Assembly (NCBI RefSeq): GCF_022539665.2
Contig: NC_081331.1
Span: 3,968,001-4,032,000 of the forward strand
Direction of reading: 5' to 3'
Source of the DNA: Daphnia carinata
Taxonomy: Eukaryota
DNA length: 64,000 nucleotides
Notes under the pieces: generated by a model
Databases searched by the model: none
Seen by the model: only the letters and a program-made list of their open reading frames with translations
Told to the model about the DNA's origin: nothing
Part shown: positions 13,701-24,546 of the stretch, in pieces
Numbering within the stretch: the first letter of the stretch is position 1
How the letters are laid out: every line of letters begins with the position of its first letter
Made by a program: the position numbers and the translations under genes

Positions 13701-14289
13701 ATAGAGAGTACTTACCAAATACCACATATGAATCCATCCAGGATCGTTAAGATTGTAATTGATCGAACGGGCTGTCCTTGAGCTGACGGCACCATTGCTC
13801 ACTTCAAGAAGTCCATCTCGTTTGGTTCGTCGTTTTACCACTTGTTGCTGAGCCCATCGAACCTTTCCATAGACAACCAAATTGCAAAATGTTATCAACA
13901 TTACCACTTTACTTAATTTCGGTTCCAACCTCCGCTTCACTAGTAAGTAACGAATGGTGATGAGAACTTGGTTGAATTGACCGTTTGAAAACTTTCTTAT
14001 GTCGGAAGTGATAATAATCGTCGAAAATCTGTGTTTATGAAATAGTTGTTTTAGTTTCAGATGCAAATAACAGATTCTTTTATGTTGTATGAGTCGTTAC
14101 CTTTCCCAGGTTTGTGAAACCATGTTTTGTTGCAATTTCAACCGCCAGGCGATCTCCACCGGGAACATGTACTGCCCATTGATCGGTAAAGATGACGGGT
14201 TCAGAAGAAACACGTGGGTGATCAAGGGCAACCGTGGCCAAGATAGACGTGAAAATGAGAATTCTCGAGGTCCAGTCGTCCCCCAGCAT
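10781..14289 (-). CDS. FURIN: Furin-like subtilisin/kexin proprotein convertase (Fur1-type, membrane-anchored)
   Basis: Signal peptide; prodomain (FTDQWAVH...[16 protein letters not shown]...[16 protein letters not shown]); catalytic D (VTILDDG), H ([11 protein letters not shown]), oxyanion N (WASGNGG) and S (GTSAAAP); P domain ([19 protein letters not shown]...[15 protein letters not shown]); one short Cys-rich module (exon 11409-11194); TM helix ([21 protein letters not shown]); cytosolic YSLL motif; stop at 10781. Non-coding 5' exons probably lie at about 14.3-14.65 kb. Exact paralog not established. Confidence 0.93.
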
Positions 14290-14539
14290 TCTCAGTTTCT
14301 TGCTATTATTTTGTTCTAAGGTAGCTACATTTTTGACAAACAGAATTAAGATAAATCTGTCTATTTAAAATTGCCCTACAGATCTCGTTAATTGGCTTAC
14401 ATTTTTGGCGTTTCGTTCTGAATAGCACGGCTGACACTAAACTCTGTTAATTACAAAGACAAGAATGAAGAGGGCACAAGTTCTCTATCTGGATAACCTA
14501 GATAGCCTACGAAGACCGAAAAACCCACTCACCTGCAAA

Positions 14540-15100
14540 TGCTGCGAAGAAAGAAAAACCTGAAAACTGAAATTCGCAAATTTTCCTCGAATAGTGGTAA
14601 GAAACGATTATCTTAGGCACACATGGTGGCACTCACTGAAGTCCACCACGCTTTCGGAGCCGTGATTCAGAGCGGTGTGGCTGAACTTTTTCACAATCGT
14701 TATGTTTTGCCGAAATTGCCTTTAATTAGCCTTGATGACACGAGTTCCCCTTAGGCCCTATTAAACTCTGGCGCTGCTTTAATATTGCCATATTTCTTTA
14801 AAAGTGCTTAAAACTTTAATTTTCAAATTTACAGTGTTCCCTTTCTCTCACTTATGCAAACTTGTAACACTTGACGTAACTTGTACGTATATTTCATCAA
14901 AGAGTACAATTAAAATGAGGTAGAGTTGGGCGACGGTGAACTGTTGACGGATTTTTCCAACAACTGCCGCCATTTGTCTCAATTTGAAATTTGCCACCAG
15001 ATGTCCATTTTCGTAGGAGATAAATATCACTGTTAACTGAAACGGCTAACTAACGTAGTTTTATGAAACCCGAGCTCTTGAATTTTCTGTTTTCATTCCT
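14540..15100. promoter_or_regulatory. Divergent promoter region, furin-like gene/UBE2T
   Basis: Head-to-head arrangement. A minus-strand donor (ACTCAC|CTG on +, about 14527-14535) marks a furin 5' UTR exon; a plus-strand acceptor ctacag at about 15104 precedes the UBE2T ATG. Confidence 0.55.
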
Positions 15101-15125
15101 ACAGGTGTGTGATAAGTTCAAAGAA

Positions 15126-16118
15126 ATGATGCCTAACAACATACGCAGTATGAGAATGGCGAAAGAAGTACTGGAATTGGCAAGAAACCCACCTCATGGT
15201 ATCACTTGTTGGACAAAGAATGACAGAAATGATCTGTTAGAAGCAAGTATGTTAAGTGATCATTGTAATGTCAATCTTGAGTTACAATTTCTGTTATTAG
15301 TTGTGCAGGGCAGTGAAGGAACACCATATGCAAATGGAAACTTCAGAATTGACATTGTCGTTCCAGAACGGTGAGAGCCGCTAAAAGAATTTGTGTTTTG
15401 GAATAGCTATATTTTTGCTTTCATATTCAGATACCCAATGGATCCCCCACAGCTAAAGTTTCTGACAAAGGTGTATCATCCCAACATAGACAATGCCACA
15501 GGACTAATTTGTTTAGATGTTCTTAAAATGCCTCCACATGGCCGATGGAGACCTGTTAACAATCTTTCATTGATCCTCACAGCTGTCCAGCAGTTACTGT
15601 CAGACCCGAATCCTCATGACCCTCTTGATTCTGCAATAGTAAGCAAAGGATCTTTTATAATTATCTGTTTATTATTCATAACTTCCTTTTATTCTTTTCA
15701 TATAAGGCACAAGAGTATATTGCCAACAGAACCTTATTCCTGGAAAATGCCAAAAAATGGACAAAGCTGTATGCCATTGTTAGTTTGTAAACATTGTAAC
15801 TTCATCATAGCAATTCTTACGCATGTTGAAATTTTACAGAACAACTCCTCCGCCCGTCCATCAAAGCGCAAGAGTATGGACGAAGACACCAGTGAAGATA
15901 CGGCTAAGCGTCTTCGTCCTTCGTCGCCAACAAAGCCTAACAATAGTGAAGAGCCTCCGTCCAAGACCTCCGCAGTTGCAAGTGCTCAACCATCTCATAA
16001 AATCATGCTGAAGCGGAAGAGCGATGACGAATCCGTTCTTCAGGAAGCACCAAAGCGTTCCCATGAGTCGCGGTCGTTGGTCAGATCAGAAGATGATAGC
16101 ATTCCAGAAAAACAGTAG
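15126..16118 (+). CDS. UBE2T: Ubiquitin-conjugating enzyme E2 T (Fanconi anaemia pathway E2)
   Basis: Exons 15126-15246, 15301-15370, 15431-15638, 15707-15778 and 15840-16118 join in frame: RMAKEVLELARNPPHGITCW...GSEGTPYANGNF.IDIVVPER|YPMDPPQLKFLTKVYHPNIDNATGLICLDVLKMPPHGRWRPVNNL...PNPHDPL...|AQEY...FLENAKKWTKLYA. HPN motif, catalytic Cys, the UBE2T-typical LKxPPxGxWRP insertion and a low-complexity basic tail. Confidence 0.93.
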
Positions 16119-16379
16119 GATCTTCTAAGAAGTAAACGTAAGGATTTTGTTTACTTCTTCGTCCAAAAGTTATGTTTTCGCTTTCTTTTTCCTTTTCCTA
16201 TTTTGCTCGTAAATTCAATTCTTTTACTTTCCTTTCGTTATATATGCCCATTTACTTCCGAGTATTATCAAAATTTTTCAAACAAGATATTAGCCATGAT
16301 TTTTTTTTATTGTTGTGTATAATATAAGTCGGCGCATGAAACGTGCAAGTAGTTGCAATAACTTCTGCATTTACAGCTG

Positions 16380-18223
16380 CTATAATTTTTTCTTCGACCG
16401 TCGAATGTAGGCTTGAATGTAAAAGTTGGAAAAGAACACTAACAGAGTTAAACAGTAAAGAGCCAACATGTACCCGAGTGCCGAAGGAAAATCACAATTG
16501 TTGTAGTGCCCAACGGAGATGTGGATCACGATCAGCACAAATTGAACCTGTAAGTTAAATTTGTTTAATTGTTTTCCAAAAATTGTAAAATTATCATTAC
16601 TTACTATCTGGAATTGGGTGAGATAACGTTTCCACCATAGATAGGGCTGAATCCATGCCCCCAATGAGCTTAGCAGATAATAGCTGTACATTACAACATG
16701 TACGAGCGAGTTGAGCATTGCGCAAAAAAATGCTAAAAAAAAAGGAAATGCAAATTCGTAAGAAATTTTTCAGCTATGCAAAAGCGATAGGCATTTTCTA
16801 ACGTCCAGCAGAGTAATCATTTTATTTGGCAACCCCTTGGCTGGGGTCTTTCTGTAATGCAGATCTTGGCCAATTCTCATTGCACCACGAGACTAGAGCG
16901 TCTACAAGTGTAAACTTTGCACCATCAGAACGATACTTTAGGGGTCAGAGACCTCGCCATATGTGCCGCTCCCAAATAAAGATAGATGCGTAGGTTAGAG
17001 TGATTTGAGTTGAAAACTATGTGCGTGGGCATTAAAAAAAAAGAACGCTGTTTGAACAAAAAACGCCCTATTGTAGTCTTTCTTCACGAGAAAACCGTAG
17101 CAATATTTGCTGAGCTCAGACCTAGTTAAATTTATGTTATGCCAAGTGATAAGATAATAATACTCACATTGGCCTCCAGGAACGTATTTAACTCCGAGCC
17201 ACCAGTTGAAGATCATGGTACTATGGTGAAAAATGTGGAGGAATGTCAACTGGTTGTTCTTTTTTCGCAAAACAAAAAATATCTAAACATTTAAATAGGC
17301 AATAATGCTTTTTAAAATTGAAACATATCAATAATTAAAGATTAATTGACTAACCGTATCAACCATATCGATAATTTTCGAAAAGTAAAAGAACCAGCAG
17401 ACACTGGCCATCTATTTTCAAAATATTTAACTTAATGCGTTGATTCCGTTATGTAATTTGTTTTTCTATACTCTTAAGGCTAGAGGATCCATAGAGGTGT
17501 CGACTGGTTGACATGTCAGATTATATCGAGATAAAATAGCAGTGACGAAGAACTCGTAAAACATGTATGCCGAAAGGCACACTTGGAATGTGTTATAGAT
17601 AAGCATCAGATACTTAAGCGTAAAAGCAGGTCGTTTCTCCATGAATCGAGGGCCATAGCGGACTAGAAACATGTATGAGATGAATATTCCAATTACTGGT
17701 ACAGGTGAGCGAACCAAAAACCAATCGGCCACGCGTCGATCTGAAAAATAAAAAAATTGGCGCTTGTTGTTATTGAGCCACAACTGTGCACATACTAGGC
17801 GACAAATTTAACTGAAAACGATAAATCATTCTTTATATTGTACAAAAATCGATAGTACGGAAATGTGGTGTGTAATCCAGCACGGTTTACGGGAAAATCA
17901 ATAGTCATGCAAAAAGGGGTGACTCCCCTTTCTTTCTCCCAATGACGAAGCTTTAACTTCTGATTCATTTCGTACAGAGAAAATGTAGTAAACATTTCTA
18001 ACAAACTTCAGTAGTAATGAATATTTTATCAGTGGACATAGGGTTACATAAGTTTTCAAAAGATTACAACACTGAAGAAAAGGTACCACAGAACTGCAGG
18101 CGATGTACCCGCGTTTTGGCAGGGTACGAAGCCGGTATTTTGTTTGTGTAAGTTCTTACCTCCACTTTTTTTTACATCTTCATGAAGTGTGACTAAATAT
18201 TCCCACGGTGAGTTCAGTGCCAT
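16380..18223 (-). CDS. ELOVL4: Elongation of very long chain fatty acids protein, ELOVL4-like
   Basis: Exons 18223-18160, 17740-17472, 17411-17355, 17282-17168, 16732-16605 and 16546-16380: MALNSPWEY...[14 protein letters not shown]...|[73 protein letters not shown]...[16 protein letters not shown]...[16 protein letters not shown]. KxxxxxDT, HxxHH, NxxxHxxMYxYY and TxxQxxQ motifs plus a C-terminal dilysine ER signal. The family is certain; the subfamily less so. Confidence 0.92.
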
Positions 18224-18557
18224 ATTTCACGGCCTTTTTTTTTATTACTTAAAACTTTGTACAGCAAACCAACATTGGTTGTGTAGCACTGTAGAGCGCG
18301 TGCTATTTTCAAGCTTGGACTGAATAGGAGTGGAGAAAGAAGCAGAAGAAATGGGAGGGACGGGGCAACACGTGCAATTCGGGAAGATGCCATCTGTTAG
18401 TGGCTTTTTGGAGAACTTGTTGATGACAAGATATTGTTCCTTGCAGACGACTGTATAGGTGCTTGAAACACGTGCAGCGATCTCACGAGTATTTGTTAAA
18501 AATTTATAACGTGGCCGACTGTTTTTCGTTTTAACTCTTTGTAACTGCATTAGCAAC
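18224..18557. promoter_or_regulatory. Shared divergent promoter, ELOVL/NOL6
   Basis: 334 nt between the head-to-head ATGs (18223 on -, 18558 on +). Confidence 0.7.
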
Positions 18558-21500
18558 ATGGCACTGAAAAGACGGAAAGGTAATTATAATTCAATTTTCT
18601 TTAATTGTGTTTTCATTGAAGTTATTTTCTGTTAGTTAAAGATTCTGAAGAGACTCCAGCAAAGAAGAAGGCAACATTCAAAAGAGCTAAAAAAGTTGTC
18701 GAGAAAAAGGAGGTTATTCACAGGGATGACGATTTTGACGATGAAGAAGAAAACGGCTTTGATGATAGTGAAGACGGCTTTGATGACATGGAAGAAATTC
18801 CATTAGATATTTCCCATGCAACACCAATTGCCAAGAAAACAAGTGAATTGAAAACAAAGCCTCTGACAAAAACTGTAAATTTTTCAAACACTGTGCAAAG
18901 TGAAATATGTAATGAGACTCTTGTATTAGGAAACAGAAAAAGTTAATCAGGGAGATGCCTCCAAGATTAAAGCAAAAAAAATTTTACAGAAGCCCCCTAC
19001 ATCTCAAGAAATGAATGCCTTGCGAGAAACAGAGAATCTTTTTCACTCCAACATATTTAAACTACAGGTTCATCCAAACCATTATTTACCAGTACACCTC
19101 ATCAGAACCAAATGTTTGATTTTTAGGTTGAGGAAATGCTGACAGAAATTTCAATGAAAAGTAAACGGAAAAAGCAGATTGAAGACTGGATTGTGGAATT
19201 TGAAGAAGTTGTGAACAAAATACCTGAAAGTGGAAGTCATTCAGTAGGATTTAGAACTTTTACGTATTTTACGGCGATTTATTAATTGTTTATTGGTACA
19301 CAGATTTCTGACACAGCTTGGCTTAACAAACTAAAAGTCAAGTGTCCATTCGGTTCGGATTGTTATGACTCATCAAAGACATTCCAGTATTTGAAACCGA
19401 AAAAGCTTGCCCCAATAGGTTCTTGGGCTATTGGTTTAACCGGCAAAGGAATATCCGTTGATATTCTTGTTGAAATTCCTCAGGAGTCGTTAGAGCGGGA
19501 TGATTATCTGAACTACACGTACCATCGCAAAAGAGCTCTTTACCTTTCATACGTGGCTGCCCACTTGCAGAAAGCGTCAACTTTGGTTCAAGAAATTCAG
19601 TTTGAAACATTTTCTGGAGATCTTTCGCGACCTATCCTTCGCATTGAACCTACAGGAAAACTCAACCAACGTGTATTCTTCCGCATTTTTGCTTCGGCGC
19701 CTGCCGATCTGGTAGCAGTAGAAAAACTTCTTCCAGATCGAAATTGTATTCCAGGAACTGGCGTAAAAAAATCTGACAGCAAACCAACCCCTTTGTACAA
19801 CGCCAGTGTACTTTCTGACATGCGTATGTCCAAGATCAATCAGCATGCCAAAGAAGTGTTGTCGTCAAAGAAGAATATTCTGGATGCATGTCTTCTTTTA
19901 CGGGTGTGGCTTCGACATCGACAGCTTGAAGAGACCACTAGCATGTTCCTTCTGACCCAATTTGTTGTCTACTTGATCGAGACGAAGAAACTCTTCCCCA
20001 ACATGAGCGTTTATCAAGTTGTTCGAACTATTTGGCTCCAGCTTTCCCGCTCAAACTGGTCTAAAGAGGGAATTACTTTACGTCCGCAATCGGGCACGCC
20101 TCCCTTATCAGTGGCTGATGCTCACGCCTCATTCCCGGTTATTTTTCTCGACGTAACCAGCACGTTGAACCTCTGCGCTCATCTATCCCAAGCAGCTTAT
20201 GACTGGCTAAGATGGGAATGCACTCTGGCCGTAGGATTGCTTAACAAGAAGGGAATCAACAGCTTCGCCGCCCTATTCATCACGCCGAAGCCTTTTTTAT
20301 TGACGTTTGATAACGTTGTCATCATCGACAATATCCGCGCAAAGGTTCAAAAAGACAAACGACAGTTGTATTGGCCTGTTGAAGCAGCTGGAAAAATTCA
20401 TGAATGTCTCGTGAAAGGATTAGACGAAAGACTGAAATTAACAGCATGCAAAACTTTGCCAATTGCTTCGTGGTCGGTTGGCGTAGAGCCACCAAAGAAC
20501 TCCTGGAAGTTGGCATTTGGTCTTTGCTTTAATTCTCCAGCTGCGTGGGAAGTGTTGAACAAAGGCCCGGCAGCTAATACTCCAGAATCCGCCGAATTTC
20601 GTGCCTTCTGGGGAGAAAAGTCAGAACTTAGAAGATTTCAAGATGGTTTCATTTGCGAAGCAGTGCACTGGCCAGCCAAGAATTGGGCAGAACGACGTCT
20701 TATCTGTCGCCAAATTGTCTCGTACTTGTTAGAGAAACGTCTCAACTTGGCCAATAACTACGTCTACGTTGCCGATCAATTGGAATCTGCCATTTCTATT
20801 CCAAAACTTCAAGATCCAGCGGCGTATGGAACTGGTGAGGAATCAACCATGGCTGCTCTTGAAGCTCTAGATGAAATGACGAAGAATCTACGAGCATTGG
20901 AAGACTTGCCTTTGTCAATAGCACAAGTGCAAGGAGTGTCTTCTACTTTTAGACACGCAGAGCCGTTCCCACCTCTACCGGAAACTCCACAGGGGAAAAT
21001 AGCCCTTTTTGGCCGCAGCGGATATAATTTGCTCCCAAGCGCTGATGCAACTCCAATATATCTACCCTCTTTATCGGTCCTGTTGACGTTGCAAACCAGT
21101 GGCAAGTGGCCGGATGATCTGGAAGCTGTCCGACGTATTAAAGCGGCTTTCTACATCCAACTGGCTGAAAAGCTGACTGCCATTTTCGACCTTGTTGCTC
21201 GAGCATTCATTGATCACGTTATTGTCGAACGTAAAGGCTATATTTTCAAGTTGGTCATCGCATATCATCGCGATGTGGCATTGTTGAAGCGGTTGGTCGA
21301 ACCCAACGGCATTGTCAAGTAAGTCTTCATCATATAAAGCTGTTTATCGTGATTCACATTTCTCTATTTTCCTGTTATTGTTTTTAGGTACCGTGACAAC
21401 CCCGAGTCGTTACTTTTGCAGAGGGATCAAGAGATTACTCCAAAGCTGGCGACGGCTCTTCGTGCTCTGCAGGCGGAGCAGCCATCCTACAGTGCGGCGG

Positions 21501-22456
21501 TGCGCTTGGCCAAGCGCTGGATCGCTTCACACATGCTTTTGGAATACCTGGAAGAAGAGGCTGTCGAGATGATTGTGGCCAGCCTCTTTATTGATTCTAC
21601 CATGTATGGAGTACCGTCCGCAAAAGAAGTTGGCGCTCAATCATCGCCCAGTGACGCCGTCGACTGGGTAGGCCCACTATCTCCTCAAGTCGCCTTCTTC
21701 CGCTTCCTTCAGTTGGTGGCGTGTTATGACTGGAGCAGCCAGCCACTTATAATCAACTTCAACAATGACCTCACACCAGAAGAGATAAGAGACATTGAAA
21801 CATCCGTCGCAGCTCAGCGAAGTCAGTTGAAATCACCTTTGGTCCTAGTGACACCGTACGATCCATCCGGCGTTGCCTTCACCCGTAGTACACCACCGCT
21901 GCCCGTCTGGTCGCGTCTGATGATCTTAGCCCGGGAGTCGCTCAAATTGTTGGAGCAGCAGCTGATGACAGTTGACGCTAAAACGGTTGACGTGCTCCAG
22001 GCATTCCGCCCGCCCTTGGATGCCTACAACTGCATTATCCACCTGAACAAAGGCGCTATCGCTCGTCGTCTGCACACACTCGACGGCCCATCCGACAAGA
22101 AGGTGAAGCTTCACGAACAACGGCCGCGAAAAACGTTATCCATCTACGACTACGAGCCTGTCGATCGACTGTTGAGTGAATTACGAGCGGCCTACGCCGA
22201 CAAGGCCCGCTTCTTTTATGACAAGTACGGCGGATTGCTGATCGGCGTCATGTGGATCGACAAGGCCTGGAGCACGCCGTCCGAATTCAAAGTCTCCCAC
22301 GTCAACGGTTCTATGTTGGTGGCGCCTTCGGTCGCCGGTGGAGAAAAGCGGTTAGCCCCCAATCTCGAAGCCATCTGCCAGGACTTTCTTATTATGGGTA
22401 AAGGTCTGGTCAAGTCTGTCCAAACTGGAACCCTTCTGTTTCAAGATGCAGTCTGA
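18558..22456 (+). CDS. NOL6: Nucleolar protein 6 (Nrap/Utp22), U3 snoRNP-associated
   Basis: Exons 18558-18579, 18636-18874, 18930-19067 (KPPTSQEMNALRETENLFHSNIFKLQ), about 19128-19244, about 19304-21319 and 21389-22456. Motifs: DYLNYTYHRKRALYL, TPLYNASVL, KGPAANTPESAEFRAFWGEKSELRRFQDGFICEAVHW, SGKWPDDLEAVRRIKAAFY, VRLAKRWIASH, FFYDKYGGLLIGVMW, DFLIMGKGLV. AATAAA at 22475-22480. Confidence 0.96.
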
Positions 22457-24335
22457 AAAAAATCAATCAATTCTAATAAACTCTTTATCGACAACAACGG
22501 GCAAGCAAAAAACAATTTTTCCAATTATCCAATACTCGGTCTTGTTTTGTTTTTTTATAGGATAATGAACATCGTAGAAGCAGACCGAGCGTATCCAAGG
22601 ACGTATTAGAAGCCGGAAAATATTGCGTTTCAAAATTTTTAATGGCCCATTGGAAGAAGAAAGGGGGGAGACCAGTTTCTGTTATTGTTTGCGAGTAGTT
22701 CCAGCCACTGCGTTTATGTTCACGCTCGTGCGAGTTCAAAATCAGTGCTCAGATGTAACAAAGGTTTTTTTTTTTTTCATTACGTGGTTCAAACAATTCG
22801 ACACATTTGGCCTTCAGAAAAACACATCCCAAGTGGTCATTGGGCGTGGGTCCGTAGCCGCCGAATTGCAAGTTGGGAAGAAAAAAGAAAACGATTGTGG
22901 CATTTTTCTTCTTTTTCTCACGGTTGGCTGGGTTAATACGTCGCCACCGGTGAATTGCCTACGTCAGTCTTTTTTTTTCCCCAAGACTTGTTATTTGCTG
23001 ACTTTGAAGTAAGACCACAGCCTTTGCTCTCTCAACAACTCCTTAACGCGTCAACCATGTCAGCTAATTGTAAACGCGTGATGAACTTTTCTAACTTATC
23101 TTTTTTCTTTCTCCCAAAAATAGAAAATGTAGGGGATCGTTCGGGTAACTGCCGTCTTTAAAAAAAAAATGTTGTAGGTGACACGGTGAAATCGCAAGCA
23201 GGAAACCGGGCCTTTTATGTGTTAGTGAGGAAGATACTTTGCACGCAGTTCGGGATAATGGGGAAAAGTTAAACACCTGGTATAGATGGCGTTAGAATCG
23301 GTCAAGATCCTAAATGCGTTCGTGAGGAATTGCTTTTTTCGTTTTGTTATTTCATTTTTTACGACCAGGACGTGACGTGAAATAAGCCCATAATGCAACC
23401 TCAACGAGAGGAGCTTGATGATGGGGACTTAAGGAGGCAGAGACTCTACCTCTCAAGGACTTTTATTTTCACCTTTTTTACCATGCTAAGCACATACGGT
23501 CACAAACATAAGTTTCTGATGCCTTTCTTATTTTTTTACTCTATTTGCAGGCATGAAACAGCACCTCCCTATCCCTGCCTCCGTGCTGCTGCGTCTGTCA
23601 TTCTTCTTTGACAAAAAAAAATATCACATTTTTTTTTTCTTAAAGTCATTTGCATTTACGAACGTTGTCAGAGTTCTTCATCTCTCGAGAAGTTGTTAAA
23701 ATCGTTGAAAAAAGGGGTACGTAGGATTATTTATAAAGGTAAACGAATGGTGAGAAAAATGCCATCTCACTCGTTCCACGTAAACCCCTTGCACGGTGGG
23801 ACCGGGGAAAAAATTCAATGCAACAAGGTGCTAATTCAATTTACCAGTCGGTGGAAACAATTTTTAAAAGAAACCGACACACAATGGAGATGGCATAGCA
23901 ACAATCGCCACATGGGGGGTAAGGTGTGTAATCAGAATTAATGAAGTGTCGCATAGTCTACGAATACGTCTGGTCCTGGCCGGAGTCTACAAGTCTTTTG
24001 TTACCAGTACATTCGTGCTAATGACATTAGAGCGCTTCCATCACGCCAGCGGTCGTTTCCATTCCCCCACACCTTTTTTTCGTGTGTGTGTGTGTTCAAA
24101 GTAGCTGTTGTTTTCTTCGCTGGAACGATGGAAAACAAGTAGGACAGATTGCGGTTCATCCACCTGATGGATTGGTGATATGATATAGGCGGAAAGGGAC
24201 ACTCCCGAAATGCTCTCCTCTTTCGTGCCCTCTGGTGTTCGTTCGTCAGTTTTTGCAAGTAACCTAAAACTGCTACTTTTTTTTTATTTTGAAAATTCGT
24301 TTTTAACATTGCGATATTCGTTTGTCCTTTAGCAG

Positions 24336-24546
24336 ATGTGGCATTGGCAGTGCAGCTGTTGTCATCGCATCAGTGACCAGTCTGTGCATTCGCACGAGTT
24401 AAAGGTAATTAGTGATAGCCGAGTGAATATTTTTTGGTGAAAAAGAAATTTGCATACCTTTTTATTTTTCTTAAAGGAAAAAGGATTTGCTCATGTGATT
24501 TGGTGTTTCTCAATGGCGGATTGCGCAGGAAATGGAAACCTTCAAG
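24336..24546 (+). other. Candidate pair of small 5' exons (about 24333/24336-24404 and 24477-24546) of the large downstream gene
   Basis: Pyrimidine-rich acceptor tttgtcctttagcag; donor AAG|gtaatt at 24404; 72-nt intron ending tttttcttaaag; strong donor AAG|gtaagt at 24546. Not known whether coding or UTR. Confidence 0.45.

Noticed and set aside
16995..17060. Possible mutually exclusive duplicate of ELOVL exon 5 ([10 protein letters not shown] after a cag)
   Set aside because: The frame stops at 16995 and lacks the NxxxHxxMYxYY motif.
17050..17130. AGGTCTGAG on the minus strand in ELOVL intron 4, suggestive of an intron-embedded RNase P RNA (known in insects and crustaceans)
   Set aside because: No GGAA before it, no downstream CR-V partner (TCAGACT) to form P4, and too little upstream sequence within the intron.
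18749..18787. 21-nt-period duplication in NOL6 exon 2 (ENGFDD / EDGFDD)
   Set aside because: Real, but ordinary slippage in an acidic low-complexity N-terminus.
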